Source: a virus
Virus record (IMG/VR): IMGVR_UViG_3300013947_000003
Location: 1-64,000 of that record
DNA length: 64,000 nt
Direction: 5' to 3' (one strand)
Both the position numbers and the translations under genes were made by a program. The stretch's first letter is position 1. Every line of letters begins with the position of its first letter. The notes beneath the pieces are model-generated. The model was not told the DNA's origin, ran no database searches, and saw only the letters and a list, made by a program, of their open reading frames with translations. This document shows positions 1 through 13,209 of the stretch, piece by piece.

Positions 1-3000
1 AGGAAACTACCCAATACTTAAAGAACATTGCCTTCGAACTTCAAAATCTTATTAAAGGAGAAAACACTAATTTAGAAAATGAAGTGTTTGACTTAACTAA
101 AGGATTTTACTGTAAGTTTTTAGAAGGTGTTTATGGGAGATCCTTTATTCATGTTGGGCAATAGCGTATTTTTAAAGCTGGCAGACAAGTAGTAGTTGCA
201 GAACAAAATGTTAAAATATCAGAACTTTTAGATGCTATTAGTGAGGATGGTTCTGATTTAGGAAGACTTCTTGGGGCTATGTATAATTCTTCAGATGCTA
301 TAAACCAAATAGTATTTAAAGCATATAAAGCTGCAGAAACAGAGGCAGCAGTAAGAACAATATCTTTACATGATTAGTTACGTGCTTTAAAGAAACGTGC
401 AAACTCTATTAATATGTCTAATAGTGAATTTTATGAAGTAGATGAAAAGGGTCATTATACCGGGAATTTTCTTGATTTATATAACTATGGTAAGTATGAA
501 CGAGAATATGATGAAATGAAATTAGAATTTAAAAAGAAATTTGCTGAAAAATATAAAGATTATTATGATGAGCGTGATTTAGCAATTAAATTTTCTACAG
601 AATTTGCAGAAGCCAGACATGAGTTTCTAAGGAAAACACACAATCAAAAAGAACTGCCGGGAGGAAAGATTATATGGGTACTCAAAGATGAATATGTAAA
701 CAAAGAATATTTAAGAAAGTTTGGATATAATGAATTATATGACTATGATGATTTATATACCTAGATTTTCAATAAAGGGCATGAAGGCACTTTATCTGAA
801 AAAGAATAGTTACTTTTTGATATTAAAAAACTAAAAAGAGAACTAGATAGAGAGCTTCCTTAGGGAAGCACTGTTTCTAACAGAGCCCCCCAATTTAAAA
901 CTAGTTTATTTCATAGAATGGGTAATGCCTTTATAGGTAATGATAATATTGTCATTAAAGGTAAAAATGCAATACTGGCAGGATTAAATGCTTGTGGTGC
1001 AACATTTGTAATGAATGCAACTGAGGGGGACTTTGGTAGTGATATGCATAATACAGATGATGACTTTTAGATGATAAAAAATCCTTATTATGATGATTAT
1101 ATGCGCCTTGACAGACTTCCTTTATATGGTATAAAAAAAGTATAGAAGTACACTCAATTTTCTACTGACATTTGGAATGGACTAGCTATGTATGGAAACA
1201 TGGCATATAAATATACAGCAAAAGATAAAATTATAAATGTATTAGAACTAGGAAAGTCAGTATTAGGTAACCGAAAAATAGGCGGATATGAATAGTCTAT
1301 TATTGATGGTGCTAAACTTTTAGCTAAAGATGGTGGAAGATACAAAAAAGAAAGTATTAATCCTAAATTAAACTATTTAGAAGAAACACGTGTTGAAGGA
1401 ACCGGAATAAATACAGATGCTCTGCTTAATTCTGTTGAAACTCCAAATTACTATAAAAGATATTTGGCATTTTTGGATAGATAGATGTACCAACATCCTT
1501 ATATGAAAAAGTCATTACGTGATGTAGCAAAAGTTTATGGACAAAATTGGCTTGCAACAGTATTTGGTGCAGGTGGGGGCAGCAAAACAGTATAGAATAT
1601 TATACATGGTACCAATAAACTAACTGGAATAGTGGCACTTGGAGGTAATGCAGGTGTAGCACTTGTCAGTTTAGCAGACGGTTTAGTTGAAATAATAAAA
1701 GAGGCAGGTGCACATGAAAATTTTACACAAGCATCATTATTAGAAGCTATAACAATTTTTGCAAGAATGAATATAGGTAATACTGCTGCATCTATAGGAC
1801 TAAGTATTCCAATATTAAATGTAGCCTCTAATACTAAATTTAATGGCTCTGATCTCCATTTACTAAATAGATTTTGGGAAATAGCAACAACAGCAGAAGA
1901 CGAAGTAAAAAAATGGAATACACAAAATCTTCCCTCTATTGACGCTCTAGCTATGAAAATGTTGTATTCTGGAATGTCTGCCGGTACTCTGGCTATGAAT
2001 ATGATTCCTGCAATAGCAATGTTAAGAACCAATTATATTTATACGGATAAGGGAGAAAAAATCTCGTTATTTGAGTGGTCTATGAAATATGCTAAATAGA
2101 ACGAAACTACTAGCATTGTTGATAAAAATTTTAAAGTTGCATCTATGAGTATGCCAAAAGGTAATTTTTTTAGAAATGCTGAAGATGCGGTTAGATATGA
2201 CATCTTAAATACAGCTAAGAAACATTTAAATGATTTTATAGAATCAGAAGATGAGGCTGTTAAAGATTTTACATTTAATGAAACACAGTTAGACTTAATA
2301 AGAAACGAGAGTGGAGACTCTTTACGTAAGTTAGATATATAGGAAGATTCTAATGGAGATTATACTGTAAATTTAACAAAAGATTAGGCAAAAGAATTTC
2401 TTAAACATACTGAATTTACAATAGATAAACTAACTTGGGGCGTTAAAGATATGGCGCAATTTAAAACATATATGCGGAGTGTGCTTAATAATATGCATGG
2501 TATGTATGACTTTGACAGCTCAAATGTTGCACAACAGACTATATTAGGCGGACTTTGGGCACATATGAAAGGATATGTTTTTGGATTAGTGCGCAGAAGA
2601 TTTGCTACAAGTGGTTATAATATGTATGCTAAAAGTGATGATGGATTTGGAGGAGTTGTTGAAGGAAGTTTAGTTACAGCCTTTAAAGGGTTGACTTCCA
2701 TATTTTACAACAGGAGAACATTTCTTAAATTTATGCTTGCTACATTTTTAGGTGCAGCCGATATTGCTGGCGGAGGTCTTATTAATTCAGCACTTAATAG
2801 ACTGCATTTTGTAGACAGAGATTATCTTCAGGAATGGGGAACTAATATATTAATTAAAGAGGGGTTTTGTTAGCAAGCATACGCCAATATAAAAAGAACT
2901 ATTGGAGATTATATTTTAGCACTACTTCTAAATATGGCCTTTGGTTATTTTAGTTAGCCGCCAGAAGATGATCCTTATTATGATTTGACATATAACAATC

Positions 3001-3914
3001 CTTGGGAATTTATAAATAGAGGAGCGATTAATGCTAAATATATAACCATCAAACAAGCTATAGAAGAGGCAAATTAGGCATATAAAGAAAATAGACTTCC
3101 AAAATATGAATGTTTTGGACGTACTTATGTTAGAATAACTGATTTAATAATGTATAAATTTGATGAAAATGGCGAATCACCGGAGTTGTGTACTGATGAA
3201 GAGTTACTTAAAAGGTTTGGAACACGACAAAATGTTGAGAGAATAAAGAAAATACGAACCAATGAACTTAGAGGTATAAATAGATATCATGATGTTAGGC
3301 CATTAGACACCAGAGCTTGTATAAGATATATAGTAGGAAGAGTTGCTAATGATAATAGTGCTTTTAATGATATATTCTTTTTAACAAATAAAGAGTCTGC
3401 TACTAGACGTGAATTAAAAGGTTTAGCAAATTTTGGTATGGAAATGATAGCTCCTGCTATGATATCTTAGCTTGGAGAGACTTTTTATATGTATGCTAGA
3501 ACTTATAATTTAATAGGGGATGACTATAAATGGATGCATTCTGTTAAAGCTCTTGATGAGCATATAGATAGTTTTATATAGGATAATTATACAAAAAATG
3601 CTCCGTCTAAAAGCACAATTTTAGAGAATCTAATAACAATGTATAAAAAAGATCCAAATTGGGTTAGTAATTCAATATTCAAAGACGATACAGAAGTTTT
3701 AGATTATATGTTAGATAATAATTTATCAAAGTTGTCAGACTTAAATAGTTTGTTTGATGACACTTTTTACTCTAAAAATACTTATCCATATAAAAAGTAT
3801 GATGCTAAAGTAGATAAACATATACAAAAGATGCTTCCTTTTGTACGTTCAATTTGGACAGCTTATAATGCTAAAGATTCTTTTGATTCATTTATGTTTG
3901 CATCTAGAAAATAA
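1..3914 (+). CDS. large hypothetical late/virion protein, 5'-partial, many in-frame TAG codons read as sense
   Basis: Six track ORFs (414-764 through 3639-3914) share frame 3. I translated 765-1631 by eye and every in-frame stop was TAG, never TAA or TGA. The first TAA (3912-3914) sits just before a hairpin terminator. Confidence 0.75.
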
Positions 3915-3935
3915 TAATATATAAAACAATAATAA

Positions 3936-3970
3936 AGGCGAGGGTTTTCACTCTCGCCTTTATTTTTATT
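3936..3970. terminator. bidirectional rho-independent terminator between convergent genes
   Basis: Stem AGGCGAG / CTCGCCT (3936-3959) has T-runs on both strands. It lies between the TAA at 3912-3914 (+) and the TAA at 3966-3968 (-). Confidence 0.7.
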
Positions 3971-6900
3971 CACATTCTAACATCTATTCCTATGATTGAA
4001 TACTTAACTAATCAAAATTAAATTTTCCGTCTTTTGCTCCAAATTTTTTAGCCAATTCTAATTTTCTTTGAGCATCTGTATTCCCCATTTCAGCATCGAA
4101 TTCTAATGCTGCATAACCTCGTAAGGCATCGGTTGCCGCATCATAAGCATTTTCATGAGTGTCTTCTATTTCACCAAGACCCCCTATTGTTCTTTTGCGT
4201 CTTCTAACTTTTGTAATTTTTTCTTTAGACTCTTTTTGTTTGTCTTCTCCCCCTTCTCTTGTATTTGTAGGCCCTTCAGGTCCTTCCGGACTCTATGGAG
4301 GTGTTGGGGACTCATTGTCGTCTCTTTTAACAAGTGCTTTTTCCTCTTCTAAAAGATCATTAAACTATATAGAGACACTTTTTTCTGCTACTAATACTTC
4401 TCCGGCATCTTTGAATCTAGTTCCTTTATACTCTGTGTATGGAGAAGATTCATTTGCTCTATATAAAAGTGTGCCATTTTCTGTAGCTGCATAGCTTCCC
4501 TATTTAGCATAATTATAATCCGAGAATACGTGGAATATTTTAAGACCATTTCTAGCAAAGTTTGCCTATATACCTTTTGATTCTAAAAACTACTAAGCAA
4601 GCATTTTGTATATAGACACCTGCTACCCCCATCTATTTTTATGCTAATCTATGCCAGGGCTATGATGAGTTTTAAAGTCAAATATTACAATATCTCCTTC
4701 GGCATTATATGCTATTAGATCCAATGTTCCTGCAACAGGTATAGTACCAATTTGTTTTCCATCCTAATATACTGGAAGTACTCCGTTTACAGTAAAACCT
4801 CTAGATTCAAAATGATACCCCTATCTAATAAGATTATCTCTAAAGTTTATTGCTTTATCATATAATTGCTTCCATTCAAATTCTTGAGCAATTGATAACT
4901 AGGCAAAAAGTTCTTGAAGTTCCTAAGTAGATTTTCCATCATATTCTCCATCAAAAAGATTTCTTAAGAATGTATCTACAGCATTACCTACGTGTTCACT
5001 AGGAAGCGCCCAGGGATTATTTTCATCATACCTTTTAGGGTTCCCATCTTTATCTCTTTCTGACAGTCTATCAGCTGCAAGTATAGAGGTTACTCTAGCA
5101 TGTGGATCTTTGCCTTCTCTAGTATAAAATTTTTCATCCTCAGTAAGTTGCCATTGTTTAGACTCTTCTTTTAAAATATTAAAAGCTTTCTAAGCTTCTC
5201 TTTGCGCTGCTTGTTGCTATAATAATTGCTACTAAATATTTTTTCCTTCTAAAGAAACTCCTGTGTCAGCATCTACCAGCCCATTGTTAGTTACCACTGC
5301 ATCTCCTTTTGTAGTATTAGATTCGGCATTATCTGTATTTGTTATTTCAGTTCTAGTTGTGTCTATTATAGGGGCGTTATTTGTTTGCTAAGGGGCAGAT
5401 AGTTGTATAACCGTAACATTAGTTTCAACTTTATTTGAATTTCCTCCTAATAATCCGTCATCATAAACAGTACTTAAATAAGTATGTGCAGCCTTAACAG
5501 CTTCTGCAGATGCTTCAATGTCCCCCATAAATGGAGATAATATTTTATCATCTATCTGCCAATTTACGTCTTTAATTAAAGAACCCCCATTATAGAAGAA
5601 GTTGGCTATTGTCTTTGCTACTTCCTGTGGAGTAAAGGGCTGGTCTGTAACAGTTGCTATTTGTTTATGTTCATTAGTAGCATTAGTTTTTAAAAATATA
5701 TTAACTTGAGGTCCATTTTCTGTAACTTCAACCCCTAATATAAAAGAATAGTCTGTAGGAGAGAAATAAACACCATTGGCATTAACAAATGCTTTTGTAA
5801 ACTATTCTGTAAGTTCTTCTAGTTTTTTAATACGAGATTCTTCATCCATACTTGCAAGCTCATTAGCATTGACAGTTTTAAAGAAAGCATTGAGTCTCTT
5901 TCCTATAAATGTAGCTCTACTATTAAATTCCTATCCTACTTCTCCACCATAAAACTATACATAAGCCTCCGGATTATTAAGTACATCTTCCACAACTTCT
6001 AATAATGTACGTCCTGTATATTTACTTCTAGCTTCATCTATTGCAGTAAAATCGTGTAGTCCTTCATTCTCATTACTACCTTCTATTCTTCTAAAAGAAC
6101 GAGCACGTTGTTTTTTTAACTCTTCTTCAGTTTCTTTTCCAGTACGAGCCTCTCTTATATATTCAGAAATAAACTTATTTCTTGCAGCTTTATATGCCTG
6201 TGTTTGCATCAGCTCATATTTGGTCTTACCTTTATATTCAGGGTGCTACTGTAGTATTTCATTTATAGATCTATCTGAAGATGGGGTATAACCTTCTCCT
6301 AAAGCTATAACTGTTCTAGTCTATGATACTTTTTTGATATCACTTGTTATTGGAGTATTATCTTCATCTTGTATTAATTCGTCTGTTTCTTTAATATTTT
6401 GTCTGATATAAAAAGATCTTCCGGAACCATAAGCATTTCTTGCCTATACTTTGGTATTTCTAGTAGAACTTAAAGTAGAATTAAAGGAACTAGGCATTAT
6501 TGCAATAGGCTAAAAGTTTTTAGGACCGTCTTTTGTTTCAAGTACTACTTTACCATTTTTATCCTCAACAACTGCAACCAATGGGGCATCTAATTCCTAA
6601 ATATGCTCCTCTCGTCTTTCTGTTATAGCGCTGGGAGAGTAATAATATACTGTTTTACCCTGTATAGTTGCAGCATGGTCCTATAAATATTTTTCAACTT
6701 CATTGTCTTCCCAATACCTTACTAATGATTCAGAAGCATTCCCTGAACTAATGTATTCTTTCATAGATAAACCTACCATTGTAGAAGAATTGGCCAATCT
6801 AGATAATTCCTACAAATTATCTTTTGTATTAAACCATCTTTTGTTGTTTATATTAACTTGAGAATCTTCTATGTCTAACTATCTATCTATTGCTGCACTT

Positions 6901-9900
6901 CTTAGGTATTTCTACAACTTTTCCCCAACTTTCTATGATAAAGTCTTCTTTGTCTCCTATTTAGTGTTTGCTGCTTTTATAGACTCTTGGGTTTTCTTAT
7001 AATTATCATAGTCGTTTAATATACCTAAAAGAACTTCACCATTTTTGGCTTCATTAGTATTTTCATCATTATTAGAAATGAGGGAGTTTGCCTACTTTCT
7101 TAATGCATTTAAAAAGTCAGCTTCAGACTCATATTCAAACTGCATTCCTCTAAATATATCAAAAAGAACTTGCCTCTGCTCATCGCTAACTTTGCCATTT
7201 GAGTTTATCTTATTATATATAAAAGTCTATGCCTATGAAAGCATACTAAATTCATCTTCAGATGTAGGTTCATTTTTTTTCTTCTTTTCCTCTTCCTTCT
7301 TCTTCTAATTTTCTTTTCTTTTCTTCCTATTCTCTCTTTGTTTTTGCTTTTTTGACTTAGATTCCTAAACAACTTCTTCTGACTCTTTAGCTGTTATCGG
7401 CTTTGCAACTTCTTTTGATGCTTCTGCTTCTTTAATACGTCTTTCAATTTCCTCCTAATAGGCATCCATAACATTATTATAGATGGACATAATTTCTTCT
7501 ACAGAATCAAAACTCATTCTTTCATTTTCATCTTTGGTTTCCTAATCTATTTCATCTATAAATTCTTGGATTAAAAATTTTCCTGTCTCTTTATTAACTC
7601 CTTGCAAAGCATCTATTACAGCATCTCTGTCTGTAAGTGATACTCCCTTACTTCTTAAAAGCTGTAATGCTGAAAATAAAAGTTCTTGTTGCCTATCATC
7701 AATAGAACGTAATTTTGGGTCATTAACAATGAGTCTCATCATAGTCAACTAATCATCTCTGCCTTCAGAATATCTCTCATAGAACTCAGGACTCATATCA
7801 CGTAAAACACGTTGTAAAGTTCTATAATCAACATCATTACTGTCTTCTGCCTCTTCAACTGCAGCAACCCAATCATCATAGTTCTTTATCCTGGCTATAG
7901 ACTCATATCTAAGCTGCCTATATCTTGCTCGTGCAATACGTGCTTCTCTAGTTCCCAATTCGCTAACTATAGTAGGATTTTTAAGAGCCAATGCATACTC
8001 TACCATAGATCTACTTATATTGTCTAGTAATACAGCAGAATCCTTAACAATATCATCAAACTCAGGATCTAAAAGTCTGCCCTAAGCTTTAACATTTTCT
8101 ATAATTCTTGCCTATTCTTCAGAATAATTGGTTAAATCTGAATTTAATATTAGTGCTCTTTGTCTTGCAGAAAGGTTCATTATCTCCTACTCATTAAGAA
8201 CAATTTCGTCACTATTAGCAGACTTTCTGTTTTTAAGTGTATTTACTCGTTTATTTATATTAGAGATCTCATCTTCAGTTTTTCTTATATCTTCTTTTAT
8301 TTTTGAAGTGTCTTTTCTGTCTGCTTTTTTCTTAGAATTTTCCTGTTTTAATTCTTCTCTAAGAGATTTTAGTTTTTCTTGTTTTTTTTCTAATTCTCTT
8401 CCCTACTATGCAACCTTCGCATCTACTATAGACTTGCTGCCATATTTAACAAGGTCATCAATTTGTTCTTGAGTACTTACTCCGTCGTGTCTGCTATTTT
8501 GAAATTCTTCAGACTTAGCAATCTAACTAATTCTATCCTCTAATTGCTTATGACGTTGTTTAAAATTTTCATTGGAAAGTTTCCCATAGATTAATCCTGC
8601 TGCCTAATCTGGTGTAAGCACGCCCAATTGTTTTTCTAAAGACTCTTTTATATCATCAATTTGGTCTAGCATTTTTGAGACATAAACAGCACGATCTTTA
8701 GCTAATTTTAGCTTATCTTCTCTAGACATTGACGGGTCTGCTATAGACTATACTAATGCCTCTTGCTATTCTTCTGTTAGATTATCTATATCAGTCATAT
8801 TTTTAAGCAGCTACATAGTACTGTTATAATATGCAGTACCTTTTAACTATGAAATCATAAGTGCTGAATGAACAAGACCTCTAAATAATGCATCTCGTCT
8901 TTCCATACCTGCACTATAATCTTCTGCTATTTGTATGATTTCACCTGCAGAAAGTACTCCCTATATAGATTTAAACATTTCAAGGCGCTTTTCATCTTCA
9001 TTTATCCAATCCTCTATAGCCTTAGCCTGCGAAATTCTATCCCATGCTCTTTGCTAGACACTTTTATAGTGCATTACAGCATTACTTTGAAAAGGAATTG
9101 CTCTTGCAATAGTCTTTAAAATGCTTTCCTTTTTGGCAGTACCATCATCATTTTTAATAGTGTTTCCATCTTTATCTGTGGCGTATTTTCTATTCCAAAA
9201 CTTTATAGTAGTTTCATATTTACCATCTTTTCCTCTAATAAGATTTCCATCTTTATCAGTTTTATAAGACATATATTTACCCCTAAGCCCGGTGAAGGGA
9301 GAGGGCATTAAAGAGCCTAATGCCCCATAGAATGCCTATTTCCAAGATTCAGGATCTACCATAGCATTAGTTGCAGCCTCACGTGCTGCTGCCCATTCTA
9401 TACCAAAAGTTTCTCCAATCATAGGAGTACTACCATTATAACGTTCTTTCATAAATTGGTGAATATTAGCCATTGCCCCCCCTTCTGCTGCAGCATCTGT
9501 AACAGACTGGAAATATTCTTCAGCACCCTCAGGTATAGCAACTCCTAAAGTGCCATTAATAAAACGTGTAAACGGCTAATACCACAAAGTTCGAGGTTTT
9601 ACAGTGGCTTTTCCTGTTCCTTCAACTTCTGTAGCTACAAAACGTTCTTTTGTAGATATAAATTTACCAAGTTTTGGGCTAACTTTATCTATTCTCCTAG
9701 CAATTGCATTTCTGGCATTACGTAGTGCTTCCTAAGTCCGCTTCATTGTCCACATTTCTGCAGTCATTGTGTGGAACAAACCATTAATCACAGAATTCAT
9801 CATAAGGTTCTATGTGCCTGCAGTTGCAGCAGCATCTTCAATTTGTGCTTTAACATCCTTAAACATATTATAATATGTAGGATCATCCCCACCATTAACA

Positions 9901-12014
9901 CCTGCTGCAATTATATTAAGGTAGTACTATGCAAGTTTTTCAGGATCATTTCCTACTGCTGCTTTAGCCTGTTTTTGTAGCCCTATAATATCAAATTGTT
10001 GCTACTATAAATAGCCTAACATATTATCTGTCAATTCAGAGTAACCGTTTCTAAGAACATTTTTTTCGGTTTGTAGACCTTCTATAATACCCTCATTGGT
10101 ACCAATAATTCCTGGGATTGTTATATTTACTAAATTATCGGCTTTATTAATTCTATTCTGTATTATGGCGAATCTTTTTTCAGCCTCTTCTAGCCCTTCT
10201 ATTTTACTTGCAAGGTCGGTCATCTACTATATTTTATTGGGGACTTTAAATGCCGTAGAAACTCCTTTGAACAAATATTTAGTTGCCAACCCTAATGCTC
10301 TACCTCCCAATGCAGAACCCCAAGTAAAACCACTTTGACCCCAAGCCTCAGATAGTGTGTGTGCAAAAAAGTTACTTATACTATAATCAGTAACATCGTC
10401 AGGATTAGCAAAAGTGTTTATTCCATATTTTTCCCAATCTTCATCAGAGGTAAACAACCCCTTTTCCATTTTTTCACTAGCCCACTCAGACAATGGATTA
10501 TGCATAACTCTATAAGAATATCCATCACCCCAGTTAAAAGGATTAAGAGCAGAACCTATCATACCAATAGTAGAAGCAGCAGTTGTTATAGTTGAATCAA
10601 TTGCTTGTACAGTTGCATTACCCCAGGCTTCATACCAAGGCATGTCTCTATATGCAGCAGCCTCTACTTCTTCAGCTATTCTTTTCTTTCCTGCCTCTTC
10701 TGCTTCTGCTTCTGAAAGTCCATGATTTAAAGCTGCTTCATAAGCTTCCGTATAAGCATATAACACTTTATCATAGTCTTCATTGGTCATCCAATCTTTA
10801 GCCTATTTAGGATCTTGTGTACCGTCATAAATTGCACTATCTACAAGTTTTTTATCCCTTGTTTTTTTGTACCAACCTGTCTACTATGCTATTGACTTTA
10901 TATATTGTAATTTCTCTTGTTTTTCCTCAATATTTTGATTATAATATGCTTCCCATTTACTTTCACTTTGTTTTTTATACTAGTTAGCTTCTTTTTCAGA
11001 TAACACTTGCGCCGTAGTATTATAATCAGAATACTGTTTTACATACTTTTCTCGTTCTTTAGGAGTTAGATCTTTAAATTTTTTATGTTTAGCATTTTTT
11101 ATTTTACTTTCATAATCTAAATTTTTAGAAGCTGCAGAGCTACTAACATTATAAGGAATAGGCTCAGTAGTAGCAAATGCAGATACTCTCAATGCTTCTG
11201 CAACATCTTCTGCATGTTTCTACTCTAAACTCTATAATAAGCTTTTAGGATCAACTCTGCCATTAACTTTATTAACTGTGTATATATTTGGAATATGGGG
11301 TGTGAAAATAAAATTACCATCATCACCTATATATACATCATCATCAGGATTTACAGACACAGCTTTTGGCTAATATACTGATATTTTTCTATCAGCAATT
11401 GCCTAATTAATAGCCATGGCATCCTATATATATTTCTCTAATTCCTATTTCCTCCTATACAACTTTGTATACCTTTTTAATACTTCGGGTTTATCTGCAT
11501 TTTCAAGAATAAATACGTTAGGAAGTCCTACAGCACCTAACTACTAGGTTATTTCCTAATATTCTTGAACTTCTTTATTATAGCTAATACCCAGTTTATT
11601 ATTTAAGGTCTTATCATAATTGGGGTTTAACACACTAGCACTGCCATTAATTTTACCAAGACTTTGTTGGAAATTATTTTCTACAGCAGGCTTTATATTG
11701 GTTGCATTATTAGAGGGTATTGTTGTATTATTATTTACAACAGAAGATTGTGTTGGCTATGTTGTCTATGTTGAGGCTGCAGCAATTTGAGTAGAATTGG
11801 TATTCTGTCCATTATATAAAGCAACCTTTTCATCAAATGAATTGGTTTTATCAAAAGCTCCTAATGCACTTTTTCCGTATTTCTATCTATACTAATATCT
11901 TAAAAATGCATTCTTTTTTTGTTCTTCTGACATACTTTTAATGTCATTATAATAAGTTTTAGCCCACTTATCATACTCTGACATACTTATATTTGTATTA
12001 TAAAAATTATTCAT
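3966..12014 (-). CDS. giant virion protein (~2682 aa with TAG=sense); possibly an ejected cargo or RNAP-type protein as in crAss-like phages, function not verified
   Basis: All minus-strand track ORFs from 5955 to 11192 share one frame (end coordinate mod 3 = 2). The junctions I checked are TAG only. The ATG is at 12012-12014 and the first TAA at 3966-3968 abuts the terminator. I did not check all 2.7k codons. Confidence 0.65.
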
Positions 12015-12028
12015 AATTAATAATTATT

Positions 12029-13207
12029 TTAAGACACTCCTTCAAGGTCCTTCCCTTTTTGTGTTCTGCCACTATTATCTTTATTACCATTGTTGTTAGT
12101 CTCTTTTGTCTGAGGCATTAAAAGGGGGTATAGTACACCTTTAGCAGTATCGAAATAATAAGACTGCATAATATTATTTTTAGGACCGTACATTCTCATA
12201 TAGTACTTATATTCGTCATCTCCGTTAGCGGTAACTCTTCCAGTAGGCTTTTTAAAATAAATGTTATTCATATCAGTACCATTTCTTGCTGCTATATTAG
12301 ATACAAATGTATTAGGAGAGGGAGTTACTGTACTTAAATCTAAAAGCCAAGACTATGGTTGATTTTGTTCAAACTATGCTCTACTTAATGCTAACTGAGC
12401 AGACTGCATACTACGTGAGAATGTGGGATCTTCAGAATAAGAAATACTTTGTGCATATGCAGTGTTATCAAGGAATCCTGAAATTATATTCTATAAAGCT
12501 TTGTTTTGATCTTCTTTATTTAACTGACTAACTCCAAATTCTTCAAGTATCCTGTCTTTAGCTTTAACAAACTCTGAATTTTTATTTGCAGTATTAATTA
12601 ACTACTGTAACTCTTCAGAAGTATAACCCCTTCTTTGCATATTTTCAAAGAAATACCCTTTAAGATCTCCAGTTGCTTTCTACATAGTATGTATAAAATG
12701 TCTGCCAGATTCAGAGTTGGCAAATCCTAAAGCTGCTGTATATAGATCTTCTCCTTTAACAGTATTATAAGTTGAACTGCTTTTTGCCATATCAGAAAGT
12801 GACATTGTTCCATAATCCTTATCAAAATATACTCCTCTTTTCCCCTAAGCTCTTAATAGTCTTTGCTCCTTAGCTAACTCTTCTCTTTTCCGTGCTAGTT
12901 CTTCTAAAGGCTTAAAAGTTCCTGCATAATCTAATCTTGCTTGATTTATATCCCGAACAACTCTTCTAGTCTAACCATTAGCCATAGCATCTGCATAACT
13001 TAAAAGTCTATTTTTATAGTCCTACAACTAAGCATATTGTACAGGGTCTCTATACTAATCAATTAACGTTCCTAATTTAGAGGAAGCCTCAAGAAGTTTT
13101 TCCTGTTTGTCTAAATTCTTTTCATATGATTCTATGTATTTACCATAAGGTTTATATAAATCATCAAATGAAAGAGGTTTAAAATTATTGTCTATTACTA
13201 AATACAT
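12029..13207 (-). CDS. hypothetical virion protein (392 aa, about 13 in-frame TAG)
   Basis: Translated fully by eye from ATG 13205-13207 to TAA 12029-12031. Reading TAG as Q gives sensible contexts (LIDQYRDP, ELQQLINT, SRAQFEQNQPQSW). Confidence 0.75.
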
Positions 13208-13209
13208 AA

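Noticed and set aside
4155-4494. Plus-strand ORFs (4155-4352, 4159-4494). Similar ORFs lie antisense to the late genes at 7045-7308, 8128-8472, 9771-9980, 10096-10801, 13238-13477, 14383-14906, 15713-16078, 24475-24744, 27652-28005, 33592-33801, 41652-41946 and 42283-42597.
   Set aside because: They lie antisense to long, frame-consistent minus-strand genes. They have low-complexity Ser/Leu/Phe/Cys-rich translations and lack start context. They are shadow ORFs.
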